Made by a program: the position numbers and the translations under genes. Below are positions 37,272 through 46,866 of a DNA stretch of 64,000 nt, piece after piece. Within the stretch, counting starts at the first letter, position 1. Every line of letters begins with the position of its first letter. The stretch comes from an uncultured delta proteobacterium (GTDB lineage Bacteria > Desulfobacterota > Syntrophobacteria > BM002). The notes beneath the pieces were generated by a model. That model was not told the DNA's origin. It made no database searches and worked only from the letters and a program-made list of their open reading frames with translations. The stretch is from NCBI GenBank assembly GCA_963712115.1, contig CAVQGX010000031.1, positions 192,001 to 256,000 of the forward strand, read 5' to 3'.

Positions 37272-37720
37272 AAGGGTGGGGAAAAACCACGAAGATCACG
37301 AAGGCGTTACAATACCATTCGTTTAATTCCATGTTTCATGTACTTCACATTAAAATTCAGCAAAAGCCCGATTGATATACCAGACAACTTCATATATGTA
37401 AGTAACTGGGCTTGGTGAACCGGCAGAACTTTATCCACGCTTTTAAGTTCAACTATAATGGTTTTGTCTATAAACAAGTCGACACGATAACCGCAGTCGA
37501 GCTTTATACTCTTGTATTTCACAGGCAAAGGGTGTTGTAGTTTGAACGGTATCCCGGCATTTGTCAGCTCATGAGCAAGGCACTGCTCATACGTGGATTC
37601 GAGTAATCCAGGGCCCAGATGCTTATGGACCTCTAGAGCACAACCAATAACTTGGTTTGACAGTTTATCGAACTTCATTCTTCGTGCCCCTTTGTGTACT
37701 TCGTGGTTAATCCCACCCTC
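37272..37720. mobile_element. Inverted-repeat-bounded cassette carrying the GxxExxY gene
   Basis: Left end AGGGTGGGGAAAAACCACGAAGATCACGAAGG versus reverse complement of the right end AGGGTGGGATTAACCACGAAGTACACAAAGG; interior is more AT-rich than the cbi genes. Confidence 0.6.
37307..37678 (-). CDS. GxxExxY protein (PD-(D/E)XK nuclease-like)
   Basis: MKFDKLSNQVIGCALEVHKHLGPGLLESTYEQCL...YRVDLFID...IVELKSV...AQLLTYMKL...GLLLNFN; start reset to ATG 37678. Confidence 0.92.
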   Translation of the reverse strand: MKFDKLSNQVIGCALEVHKHLGPGLLESTYEQCLAHELTNAGIPFKLQHPLPVKYKSIKLDCGYRVDLFIDKTIIVELKSVDKVLPVHQAQLLTYMKLSGISIGLLLNFNVKYMKHGIKRMVL

Positions 37721-37725
37721 CTTAT

Positions 37726-38946
37726 CTATGAGCGCCAGAGAGTAAGGAGGAAAAGTGGGGTTTGTGGTTGAAACCGGCTCAGCCAAGCATCCTTATCCGA
37801 CTGAATGGGAACTGTACGGCTCACTTGCAACAGCAGCCATTCGTGGGCCAACCCGGTTGTATCAACAAACCTTTGGGCCCGAGCAAGAGTCTCGGGGGTG
37901 ACCACGCCCACCACTGCCCGACCCTCAGGCCGTAGCCGTTTCTCCACGATCTCCAGAATGTCGGCGAGGTTACCGCCGCTGCCACCGACAAACACTCGAT
38001 CCGGGTCAGGCAGATCCTGCAGTACCCCAGGCGCCTCACCCAAAACCACTTTGACCCCGAAGCCACCCAGTCTTCTTACATTATCCTGGATCATCTCTAA
38101 TCTGGCTCGATCTTTTTCAACACCGTATACCCTCAAACCGGGGGCTATCCTCACAGCCTCGATCCCCACAGAACCAGATCCTGCTCCCACATCCCACATG
38201 ACCCCTTGCGGTTCGAGTTGCAATTCGGCAAGAATTAGAGCTCTCGACTCCCGCTTGGTGATCAGCGATTTTTCTTTGGCAAAAAGAGCATCTTCTAGAC
38301 CGAGCCTGACAGCTGGCTGTAGCTCTTCCTCTGGGTAGAGAACCATCACATTAAGAGGTGAAAATTGCATCCCCTCAGCTCCCGCAAGATCAGTCTCTAG
38401 GCATCGTTCTTGCTCTGAGCCAATATCTTCCACCACTGCCACTTTGCGATTGGCCATGCCGTATTCGCGCAGAATCTTGGCCAGTAGATTCGGCGTATTC
38501 TCAGGATCTGTATAGATGGCAATGGCCCCAGCATGTCCAAGTTCTGCTAAAAGGTCCGTTGCCTTCCTGCCGTGAACACTCACAGTTCTAGCCTGGTTCC
38601 AGGGTAGTTTGAGCCGAGCAAATGTCTTTTGCAGAGCTGTTACATTTGGCAGGAAGGTGACGTTTTCAGAGCCAAATACCTCCAGAGCTCTCTGGCCTAT
38701 GCCGAAGAACAGGGGATCACCCGATGCCAGGATAACTACCCCTTTCCCCGCCGCCTCCTTTTTAACCTCTTCCAGGGTAGCTCTGGGGTTGGCACCTAGA
38801 GTCCAGGTGGTCTCGGTCTGTCCAACAAACATAGCGAGCTGCCTTTTGCCCCCCACCAGCACCTCTGCTGCCTGGATCGCTCTACGATGCGATTCGGTCA
38901 GGTCATCCGGACCAACTCCGGTGCCCACCACTATAACCGTACTCAT
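37726..38946 (-). CDS. cbiET: Bifunctional CbiE/CbiT (CobL) precorrin-6Y methyltransferase, decarboxylating
   Basis: LASGDPLFFGIG, VSVHGR, LITKRESR, WDVGAGSGSVGIE, PDPDRVFVGGSGG. Confidence 0.92.
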   Translation of the reverse strand: MSTVIVVGTGVGPDDLTESHRRAIQAAEVLVGGKRQLAMFVGQTETTWTLGANPRATLEEVKKEAAGKGVVILASGDPLFFGIGQRALEVFGSENVTFLPNVTALQKTFARLKLPWNQARTVSVHGRKATDLLAELGHAGAIAIYTDPENTPNLLAKILREYGMANRKVAVVEDIGSEQERCLETDLAGAEGMQFSPLNVMVLYPEEELQPAVRLGLEDALFAKEKSLITKRESRALILAELQLEPQGVMWDVGAGSGSVGIEAVRIAPGLRVYGVEKDRARLEMIQDNVRRLGGFGVKVVLGEAPGVLQDLPDPDRVFVGGSGGNLADILEIVEKRLRPEGRAVVGVVTPETLARAQRFVDTTGLAHEWLLLQVSRTVPIQSDKDAWLSRFQPQTPLFLLTLWRS

Positions 38947-38997
38947 TTTGGTCCTTCCTGGTCTATTCACTAACATTTTAGCCTAGCAGAACACGGA

Positions 38998-39156
38998 AAA
39001 TCCGAAATCCGAAGCACGAAGCACTAAACAAATCCCAAACCCGAATTTCCCAATGTTCAAAACAAAAGCTAGTTTAAGGCTTCAGATGTACGTTTTGGTC
39101 ATTTGAATTTGGGATTTTGATATTGTTTCGAATTTCGATATTAGAATTTCGGATTT
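38998..39156. repeat. 7-bp-period long imperfect palindrome (AAATCCG...CGGATTT)
   Basis: Arms of about 65 bp are mutually complementary; same family at 47567-47673 and 55300-55470. Confidence 0.8.
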
Positions 39157-39179
39157 AAGTAGGATGGGCATCGCTCATC

Positions 39180-40301
39180 CTACGCCTTGAAAATGAGCTG
39201 TCCACTATAATCGAACAAAAGCAGGTCAATGTCCAGTTTACCTTGCGAATGGTTCTTGCTCACCCCAATGGCTTTCTGTGCAAGCTGCGGAATAATCTTA
39301 CTCGTTGTATTCGTCTCTTGCATGATCTCCAAACAGTGCCTGGCAGTGTTTGCCCTCAACAGCCTCTCACTTAAGTCCTCCGACTCTATGGTCTCTCGGG
39401 CTATTTCCCCCAGGATTCCAAGGTCCATGTTCCTGCTGCTTGCGTGGGTATAATGCAGCCCCATGGCCATTTTTATTAATTTGCCTATAAAGACAGCGTG
39501 GGTGACCTTGGTGAAGCCGGATTTTGCTGCTGCCTTCAGACTGAAACCATAGAAATCGGCAATCTGGACAAAGCTCTCCTCGGGGAGATGGGTGAGAAGC
39601 CGTCTGGCAAAACTTTCACTTTTACCCCCGGTGCTCAAAACCAATTCATCACCAGCAGCCCGAGCCACGGATAGAGCCGCCTCTATGGTCTCCTTATAGG
39701 CTCGGTGCGAGAGAGGCCGCACGATTCCGGTAGTACCAAGGATAGAAAGTCCACCTACAATACCCAGGCGCGGATTAAGAGTCTTTTTTGCCAGGGCTTC
39801 TCCGTCGGTAACGAAAATTTCAACTTCAATTCTTTGGGCCTTGTCAGCCCCGAGAGAATCAAGGACCTCCTCCACTGCCCATCGTATCATCTGCCGAGGC
39901 ACCGGATTTATGGCGGGCTCGCCCACTTTAACCGGAAGTCCGGGCTTGGTAACTCGACCCACCCCTTCCCCAGCCTTAAAAACGATTGTAGTGTCACCCT
40001 TTGTAACCCCCAAGATCCGCACCCTTGCTCCAATTTCTGCCCCGTGGGTCACATCGGGGTCATCTCCTCCATCTTTGACCACTGAACATACGGAGGTATT
40101 GCCCTCCTGACGGTATCTATGCAAGAAGATTTCTAATACCCTGGCTTGTGGAAGGGTTACCGAAATTGGAGTCAGAGGAGAGCCGGTGAACAGAAGCTGC
40201 AGTGCACCTTTTGTCGCTGCAGCCGCCGCAGTTCCTGTAGTGAAGCCTTCCCGCAGTTTTTTCCCACGTCTGCCCTTAGTACGAGTTCTTTTGGCTGGCA
40301 T
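39180..40301 (-). CDS. cbiD: Cobalt-precorrin-5B C1-methyltransferase
   Basis: LREGFTTGTAAAAA, KDGGDDPDVTHGA, GVGRVTKPGL, AINPVPR, TLNPRLGIVGGLSILGTTGIV; start reset to ATG 40301. Confidence 0.95.
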   Translation of the reverse strand: MPAKRTRTKGRRGKKLREGFTTGTAAAAATKGALQLLFTGSPLTPISVTLPQARVLEIFLHRYRQEGNTSVCSVVKDGGDDPDVTHGAEIGARVRILGVTKGDTTIVFKAGEGVGRVTKPGLPVKVGEPAINPVPRQMIRWAVEEVLDSLGADKAQRIEVEIFVTDGEALAKKTLNPRLGIVGGLSILGTTGIVRPLSHRAYKETIEAALSVARAAGDELVLSTGGKSESFARRLLTHLPEESFVQIADFYGFSLKAAAKSGFTKVTHAVFIGKLIKMAMGLHYTHASSRNMDLGILGEIARETIESEDLSERLLRANTARHCLEIMQETNTTSKIIPQLAQKAIGVSKNHSQGKLDIDLLLFDYSGQLIFKA

Positions 40302-40302
40302 C

Positions 40303-40998
40303 TTAATCCGTATCGGTTTTGTCCGTTGTCCGTTGTGGCTCAGTTCCTTCGCCGCATAGCGCTGAGCGCTTTCTAGCGGCGAGATCGGCCAGGGCATTGA
40401 TAGTAGCAGCGGCCACAGCACTTCCTCCTTTCCTGCCTGCCACTGTGATGTAAATGAGTCCAGAATCCACCAATAGCTCTTTGGCCTCCGCCGCGTTGAC
40501 AAAACCCACCACCATGCCCACAACCAAAGCTGGTCGAACTTCCCCCTGTTGGAAGAGTCTAACCAGTTCAATTAGGGCAGTTGGTGCATTGCCGATGACT
40601 GCTATGCCACCCTCTAGAAGCTCTCTAGCTCGTGAGACGGCTGCAGCGGCGCGGGTAATGTTGTCAGCCCTGGCAGCAGCGATCACCTCTTTATCGTTGA
40701 TGAAGCAGTGGACCTCAATGCCAAATGGAGCCAGATGGGTCTTGGTTATTCCGGCCTGGGCCATACGAGTATCAGTAACAATGGCTGCCCCGGCGCATAT
40801 TGCGGAAATACCAGCCTCAACCGCCTGCTGGTGGAAACGGGTCTGTTTTATGAAATCAAAGTCCGCAGTTGTATGTATTAGCCTGCGGACAACTGCCCAT
40901 TTTTCAGCTTCGAGGCCATGCTCCCCCGCCTCCTCTTCAATGATTTTGAAGCTCAATGATTCTATTTCAGCCGGGTCAACCTTGGTAATTTCAACCAT
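40303..40998 (-). CDS. cbiC: Cobalt-precorrin-8 methylmutase
   Basis: IESLSF, RRLIHTTADF, ITRAAAA, IGNAPTAL, VGFVNAAEAK, GRKGGSAVAAA. Confidence 0.95.
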   Translation of the reverse strand: MVEITKVDPAEIESLSFKIIEEEAGEHGLEAEKWAVVRRLIHTTADFDFIKQTRFHQQAVEAGISAICAGAAIVTDTRMAQAGITKTHLAPFGIEVHCFINDKEVIAAARADNITRAAAAVSRARELLEGGIAVIGNAPTALIELVRLFQQGEVRPALVVGMVVGFVNAAEAKELLVDSGLIYITVAGRKGGSAVAAATINALADLAARKRSALCGEGTEPQRTTDKTDTD

Positions 40999-41108
40999 TA
41001 TCTATCCTCGCACTCTGTGATGTCAGTAGTTCCGCCGAAGGCGGATCCGTTGCAGCTCACCTAGTTCGCGACCTAGAGGTCGCTCCTACAGAGAGCTGTT
41101 CTTTATGA

Positions 41109-42515
41109 CTAACTCTTTTCTTGATATTTTTTGCAACTCTCAACAAAATTAGCGGCCATCTCCGGGTTACTACCGAAATGAAAATGAATGTAGCCCGCCA
41201 GGGTATTGTAGGCCATAAAACCATCTGGCCCTACTTCCATTCCCTTGCGGTTACTAACTTGGTAAAGGTCAGCACTTTCCACAGTTCCATTGATCAGTTC
41301 AGAGTAATGAAACTCATGGCCTCTGGCCCTGAGCCCCTTTGGCCCCAGCAAGCTATCCTTCTTGAGAACTACTTCGCGGTAACCAAGAGCCTTTCGGTGA
41401 GAGAGCATCCGGGTTCTGAATGGGTAAAGACCAACCATGGGATAATCTCTCTGCTCTACCTCAATTGAACGGGTAAGGTACATAAAACCGCCACACTCTG
41501 CGAATATTGGCATTCCTCCTTGCGCTGCCGCCAGAACCTCGATTTTTAGACTATGATTCTCCCCGAGCTCTCGGGCAAAAAGCTCAGGGTATCCTCCCCC
41601 CAGGTATAGACCCGATAAATCAGGGGGTAGTTGCGAATCCCGAACCGGAGAAAAAAAACAAAGATCCGCCCCGAAATGAGCCAGGAGGTCCAGATTATCC
41701 TGGTAATAGAAACAGAAAGCCTCATCCCGTGCCACTCCGAGCCTTAACCCGGATTGGCTGGCCTTGGGTAGAGGTATTTTTTTACTGTTCACCCAACAGG
41801 TGGGCAATCCATATAGTTTGTCTAGCTCAAGGTTTTCTTCCACCAGCGAAGCCAACTTGTCAAAGAGATCAATAGGATAGGGATCTTCATCCGAAGTTAT
41901 CAGCCCAAGATGCCGTTCTGGTATGGTTATTTCTTCAGTCCGCGGCAGCCCTCCTAGAAAGGCAATATTAGGAATCGACTCCATTGCCTCAGCCAGAAAT
42001 CGAGCGTGGGTCTGGCTTCCCACTCTGTTTGCTATCACCCCTTCCAGTGGCAAGTCAGGGTCGAAGGTCCGGAAACCATGAACCAGGGCGGCAATACTCC
42101 TCGCCATACTACTTGCATCCACAACCAGGATTACCGGACAATTAAGCCATTTGGCCATCTGGGCGGTGGATCCTGATTCAGAGCGCCCATCATACCCATC
42201 AAATAGCCCCATTACCCCTTCCACTATACCTAAATCCTTCCCGCACATGGATTGGGAGAAGGTCGCCAAGTTGTATTCCTTGGGGAGCATCCAGCCATCT
42301 AGGTTGCGGCTTGCCGTGCCTAGCAATCTGCTGTGGTGACCTGGATCAATAAAATCAGGCCCCACCTTGAATCCCTGTACCTTGAGTCCTCTTCTCTTAA
42401 ATGCGGCCATTAAACCAAGGGAAATGGTGGTTTTGCCCACTCCGGAGTGGCTTCCGGCAACCACCAGACACCTGGGACCCGGCTTTGTTCCAAGGCTTTT
42501 GTTGGCTCCAACCAT
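41109..42515 (-). CDS. cbiA: Cobyrinate a,c-diamide synthase
   Basis: SGVGKTT, FKVGPDFIDP, EGVMGLFDG, PERHLGL, DEAFCFYY, GGGYPE, AECGGFMYL, GHEFHYS. Confidence 0.95.
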   Translation of the reverse strand: MVGANKSLGTKPGPRCLVVAGSHSGVGKTTISLGLMAAFKRRGLKVQGFKVGPDFIDPGHHSRLLGTASRNLDGWMLPKEYNLATFSQSMCGKDLGIVEGVMGLFDGYDGRSESGSTAQMAKWLNCPVILVVDASSMARSIAALVHGFRTFDPDLPLEGVIANRVGSQTHARFLAEAMESIPNIAFLGGLPRTEEITIPERHLGLITSDEDPYPIDLFDKLASLVEENLELDKLYGLPTCWVNSKKIPLPKASQSGLRLGVARDEAFCFYYQDNLDLLAHFGADLCFFSPVRDSQLPPDLSGLYLGGGYPELFARELGENHSLKIEVLAAAQGGMPIFAECGGFMYLTRSIEVEQRDYPMVGLYPFRTRMLSHRKALGYREVVLKKDSLLGPKGLRARGHEFHYSELINGTVESADLYQVSNRKGMEVGPDGFMAYNTLAGYIHFHFGSNPEMAANFVESCKKYQEKS

Positions 42516-42656
42516 TATGGGTTCCGTAGAAAGGGTTTTCCTGTTTAATCTCTCGGAAAGTCTACAATGTATTTAGTTAAAAGGGTTAAATCAAGTTTTA
42601 CTTTCTGAATTATTCCTTCTTTTACCCTGGGCTCTACCCGCTCTGCGGTTTTCTCT

Positions 42657-42780
42657 AGGAGTTTTCCAAGAAATATTTTTCTGACATTGGCCACGGGAAG
42701 GCTACTCCACAACGATCATATTCGCACCATCTATTGGCAGAGTCCCTGTTGAGGGAGCACCACATCTTCATGCAGGCCCT
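42657..42780 (-). repeat. Copy B of the non-coding element shared with 517-625
   Basis: 23/24 nt core identity plus a similar flanking block. Confidence 0.6.
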
Positions 42781-42852
42781 CTCAAAGCTGAGATTGGTAA
42801 AGATAGGTTGCTCAGATGCTCGTTGTTTCGCAGCTTCCCCTTTTGGCTTTGG

Positions 42853-43089
42853 CTGATGTCTCTTCTGAGTGACTGCGGAAGGTCTGTGCCACTTCCCCGG
42901 CTGTGGCTGGGGGAGCCCCTGGTCCGCCGAAGGCGGAAACAGGGAGGGGGCGCCCTGCCCGCCATGCGAGCAAGGCGAGGCGGGCGGGCTTCCCCCGGCC
43001 ACAGCCGGGCTAGAAGTGACCAGACCGTGAGCCCTGGCCTCCGGCCCATAAGGGGCACGCCCCGGTGGGAACGACAGAAGAGACATCAG
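42853..43089. repeat. About 240-bp GC-rich long hairpin with nested REP-like hairpins
   Basis: 42853-42867 is the exact reverse complement of 43075-43089; 42896-42914 pairs with 42991-43009 with one G-T. Confidence 0.7.
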
Positions 43090-43254
43090 TAAAGGCACTT
43101 TCATTTGCACACTAATATGAACTAGCCGTTAAATGCTGGTTAGAAGAATGATCCACTCATTTTTTGGGAAAACTCCTGGGTTTTCTCAGGTTGCAACCTA
43201 GCATGAGTTTTGCTACAAAGGTTTAAACTGTGAGGCGGAAGTGCAGCTCCCTAT

Positions 43255-44262
43255 TTGAGGATGTTCCAGCTCATGAAGAACCTATTCAGTTTTGTTGGGC
43301 CACGCCGAATTACAGTACTGCTCATATTTCTGGCAACCACCTATGTGCAAGCCGAATCTGTTTCGGTCATCACTGTAAAGGTGAGACCGGGTGACACCAT
43401 CAGCTACCTGGCACTCAAACATCTCCACACCTACGACCAAGACATATTAGATCAAATCAAAGAGCTTAACCCCCAGATCAGTGATCTTAACCGCATTCAG
43501 GTCGGTCAAGCCGTGCATCTCCCTAAACCCGGCGAAGAACCAGCACTGCCGACTGCTCCTGCACCGTTAGTCGAAAGCAAGAGGATAGCCGCTGTAGCTT
43601 CTCGCGCAGTAGCCACCCTAGTGGAAGGTGAGGTGCAGATGATGGCAGGGGGAGACAATACCTGGCTAAAGCTCAGCCCAAATGCAATCCTCAAAGGGGG
43701 AGACAAGGTCCGGGTTCTCGACAACGGGCGGCTAGAGATGGTCTTGGACAACCGTAGTGTCCTCCGGCTGGCGTCCAATACTACTTTGGAGTTAAAAGAG
43801 GTTGAACGGAAGCCTGAAAAAGAGACCTACCGTTTCGCCCTCTCTCTTGGCAAGATGTGGACACGAGTTACTCGACTGCTGGGCTTTGGCTCCAAATATC
43901 AAGTGGATACCCCCACTGCCATTACCGCTGTGCAAGGAACAGTGTACGATCTACAAGTCGATCCCAACCAGCAAACGCGGGTGCGTGTTCATTCCGGCAA
44001 TGTCCAGGTCTACAACCCATTCGCAGGCGATCTAGCACCGGGAGAAAAGGTCCCAAAGTTGCAGGAGCCTACTCGCGTCCCTGGTCCAACCAGGATATCC
44101 CGTGAGGCCTGGGAACAATTGCTGCTCCAGCAGTACCAGCAGGTGACCCTTGGCCGGGAAGGAAGAAGTACTATTTCCGCTTTCGATCTTGATAAGGCAA
44201 GGAAGGAGGCGTGGGTTCGCTGGAATGAAGCGCGCGACAAAGACTTCTATGGCGAGATATGA
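43255..44262 (+). CDS. Exported LysM plus FecR-domain protein
   Basis: Signal peptide ending VQA; VKVRPGDTISYLA...LNPQISDLNRIQVGQAVHLP (LysM); VEGEV...GDKVRV...SVLRLASNT...GKMW...VDTPTAITAVQGT (FecR-like). Confidence 0.8.
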   Translation: MRMFQLMKNLFSFVGPRRITVLLIFLATTYVQAESVSVITVKVRPGDTISYLALKHLHTYDQDILDQIKELNPQISDLNRIQVGQAVHLPKPGEEPALPTAPAPLVESKRIAAVASRAVATLVEGEVQMMAGGDNTWLKLSPNAILKGGDKVRVLDNGRLEMVLDNRSVLRLASNTTLELKEVERKPEKETYRFALSLGKMWTRVTRLLGFGSKYQVDTPTAITAVQGTVYDLQVDPNQQTRVRVHSGNVQVYNPFAGDLAPGEKVPKLQEPTRVPGPTRISREAWEQLLLQQYQQVTLGREGRSTISAFDLDKARKEAWVRWNEARDKDFYGEI

Positions 44263-46481
44263 GTTATAGAAAATTACTGATAATCACTATTGGGGTCTTC
44301 TTTATTTTCGCCTTTTGTCATGTCGCCTCATTTGGTCCTCTCGAAAACACTCACCTGAAAATCCGCGACCTCTTTTTTCGGCTTAGGGGTCCAGTACCGA
44401 CTAATCCCCAAATTGCCATAGTCGCCATCGACGACCAGAGCATTGCCCATTACGGGCGCTGGCCCTGGCCACGGGCACGGATTGGCGCCTTGATTCACAG
44501 ACTCACCGAGGCCAACGCCCGGACCATAGGGATAGATATCTCCTTCCTACCCTCGCAGTCGGAGGCAAAACCCGTAGCTCCCGATGAGGAACTCACCCCC
44601 CTTTTGGGATGGCTAAATCTCGACAACAGCCAGGAACCTTTATACTCTAATGACCAGCTCCTTGCCTTGGCTATCAAGAAAGCGGGCAATGTGGTTCTCC
44701 CCTTCTATTTTGAATTCAAAGACACCACTCGGGAAGGAAACCTTACGATACCTGAGTCTCTGTCCCACTCCGCCTACCTTTTGTTTGATGACCTTAGCAG
44801 ATTGCCTTCACTGCCATTACTTCGGGGTAGCAGTGTCTTCCCGCCAACTCCGGTTTTGGCCGAGGCCGCAGCCGCAATCGGGTGCGTCAACGCCTATCTG
44901 GACAGGGACGGCGTCCTGCGGAACGACCCTGCCATTATCTTTTACCGAGATCAATACTTCCCCTCCATGGGTATACAACTGACCCGTTTGTATCTGGGTC
45001 TCAGCTGGGCAGAGGTTAAGGTTAATAGCAATGAAAGCATAGTGCTTGGCAACCACGTGGTTCCCATTGACAATCGGGGCTTTGTCGGTCTCAACTACAG
45101 TGGCGGCAGAGAAAGTTTTCCCTACATCTCCTTTAGAAATGTCATGGAAGGGAAAATAAAGCCCGAATTGCTGAGAGACAAACTCGTCCTTGTGGGAGTG
45201 GTTGCGGCGGGGCTGCATGATTTGTGGCCCACCCCCTTTGGCCCAGGATATCCTGGGGTGGAAAAGCATGCCACAGTGGTGGCCAACATATTGGACGACC
45301 GCTTTATTGCCCGGTCGGATTTAAGTGGCATCGGAGAAGTGGCATTCATGCTCCTTAGCGCTCTAGCCCTTGTTGCAGTCGCGGGCAGTCGTCGCTCTTG
45401 GCTGCTCTGGTTGAGTTGCTTTCTTTTCCTGGGATTAACAATAGCTGGATCTTATTGGGGTTCAACCGTTCACAACCTCTGGTTTAAGCCCCTTTTCCCA
45501 GCCCTTCTGATCCTTTCCCTCAGCCTATTGATCCAGGTAGTGAGATTGCCCTCGCCTATAACCGCACCCGAAGCGGTTAAGGAAACCCGTCTTCAGCCGG
45601 TGGAGACTATGGTTGGAGAGACTTCCGAAGTCCCCGCTGAAGGGGAAATCTCTAGTGTTGGTCGATATGAGATTGAATCCGAGTTGGGTCATGGCGCCAT
45701 GGGAGTGGTCTACAAGGCCGTTGATCCAAAGATCGGCAGGTCCGTAGCCATCAAGACAATTAGATTGGACCAGACTCTCGGAGCCAGGCAACTCGCGGAT
45801 TTGAAAGAAAGGTCATTGAGAGAGGCCCAGGTCGCCGGTCAACTCTCACATCCTGGCATTGTCACAATATATGATGTGGTTGAAAAAGGTGGCCACCTTT
45901 ACATCGCCATGGAATTTATTGAGGGACAAGAACTCAGCCACTTCTGCACAGAACAGACCCTGCTCAAGCCTAAACAGGTAGCCACCATAATTGGGCATAT
46001 CTGCCATGCCCTCGATTACGCCCACAAGGCGGGCGTCGTCCACCGCGACATCAAGCCCAGTAATATTATGCTGCCTAAAGACGGTCGCCCCAAAATAATG
46101 GATTTTGGCATTACAAAGGTAGTCACATCTGATGCCACTCAAACGGCAGCCATGATTGGTACACCAAGCTACATGTCGCCAGAGCAAATCGACCTCGAGA
46201 AGGTGGACGGACGCTCGGACCTGTTTTCAGTAGGAGCCATGTTCTATGAACTTCTCTGCGGCCAACGCCCCTTTACAGGGCCCAACATCACTGCCATTCT
46301 CAAAAAAATCGCCACCGAGGACCCTCCTCCTTTAGATAAAATAAACCCTCAGATCCATCCAAAGCTGGGAGCAGTTGTTTCGAGACTTCTGGCCAAAGAT
46401 CCGAAAGACCGCTTCCAAAGCGGTGGTGAAGTGGTCTCAGTTCTCAAGAGCCTCCTGGAAGATCCCTCGATTTGGGAATAA
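44259..46481 (+). CDS. CHASE2-domain membrane Ser/Thr protein kinase
   Basis: IVAIDDQSI...GRWPWPR, DRDGVLR, PGVEKHA followed by three TMs; kinase motifs LGHGAMGVVY, VAIK, HRDIKPSN, DFG, GTPSYMSPEQ; ATGA overlap with the upstream gene. Confidence 0.92.
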   Translation: MSYRKLLIITIGVFFIFAFCHVASFGPLENTHLKIRDLFFRLRGPVPTNPQIAIVAIDDQSIAHYGRWPWPRARIGALIHRLTEANARTIGIDISFLPSQSEAKPVAPDEELTPLLGWLNLDNSQEPLYSNDQLLALAIKKAGNVVLPFYFEFKDTTREGNLTIPESLSHSAYLLFDDLSRLPSLPLLRGSSVFPPTPVLAEAAAAIGCVNAYLDRDGVLRNDPAIIFYRDQYFPSMGIQLTRLYLGLSWAEVKVNSNESIVLGNHVVPIDNRGFVGLNYSGGRESFPYISFRNVMEGKIKPELLRDKLVLVGVVAAGLHDLWPTPFGPGYPGVEKHATVVANILDDRFIARSDLSGIGEVAFMLLSALALVAVAGSRRSWLLWLSCFLFLGLTIAGSYWGSTVHNLWFKPLFPALLILSLSLLIQVVRLPSPITAPEAVKETRLQPVETMVGETSEVPAEGEISSVGRYEIESELGHGAMGVVYKAVDPKIGRSVAIKTIRLDQTLGARQLADLKERSLREAQVAGQLSHPGIVTIYDVVEKGGHLYIAMEFIEGQELSHFCTEQTLLKPKQVATIIGHICHALDYAHKAGVVHRDIKPSNIMLPKDGRPKIMDFGITKVVTSDATQTAAMIGTPSYMSPEQIDLEKVDGRSDLFSVGAMFYELLCGQRPFTGPNITAILKKIATEDPPPLDKINPQIHPKLGAVVSRLLAKDPKDRFQSGGEVVSVLKSLLEDPSIWE

Positions 46482-46497
46482 AGGAATAAGTCACTGG

Positions 46498-46735
46498 GTC
46501 ATTTGGCCACTGAAAGTGGCCGTCACTATGCTTCGCGTCATTCGGCTCCGCCGTCACTACGCTACGCTGTCAATATGCCTGCGGCGTCATTTGTGGTCAT
46601 TAGGTCATTACGCTGCGCTGTCATTCACAGTTAACTGTCATGGGGGCGTTGAAACAACTTAATGACAGCCGCAAGGCGTAATGACGGGCGCCAGCCCAAG
46701 TGACAACGAAGCGCTCAGGCGCGAAGTGTAATGAC
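46498..46735 (+). repeat. GTCATT...AATGAC modular repeat, copy 2 of 3
   Basis: High identity to 24425-24589 and to the reverse complement of 56822-57017. Confidence 0.8.
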
Positions 46736-46866
46736 TTTTGGGTACCTAATTAGCCCGTTTGCTCCTAAGCCTATGGCGACTCGAATGACATATCCAGTGC
46801 GGAAATGGTGCAATTAACTCGGTAGGTTAACCTTACTCTCTTTTCTGATCAGGATATGGTAAGCCT

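Noticed and set aside
37679-37786. 5' extension of the GxxExxY ORF
   Set aside because: It runs through the inverted repeat and the cbiET 3' end; homology starts at MKFDKLS.
40302-40571. 90-aa N-terminal extension of CbiD
   Set aside because: It overlaps cbiC in another frame; the ATG at 40301 follows the cbiC stop directly.
21464-42515. Absence of cbiJ, cbiB, cobU/S/T and cysG as evidence of a novel B12 route
   Set aside because: These genes may lie elsewhere in the genome; this cannot be judged from one window.
42655-43110. 151-, 96- and 94-aa ORFs
   Set aside because: Pro/Gly/Arg-rich translations of GC-rich hairpins with no protein-like character.
43199-43214. TAGCATGAGTTTTGCT as a sigma54 promoter for the LysM-FecR gene
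   Set aside because: It lacks the invariant GG at -24.
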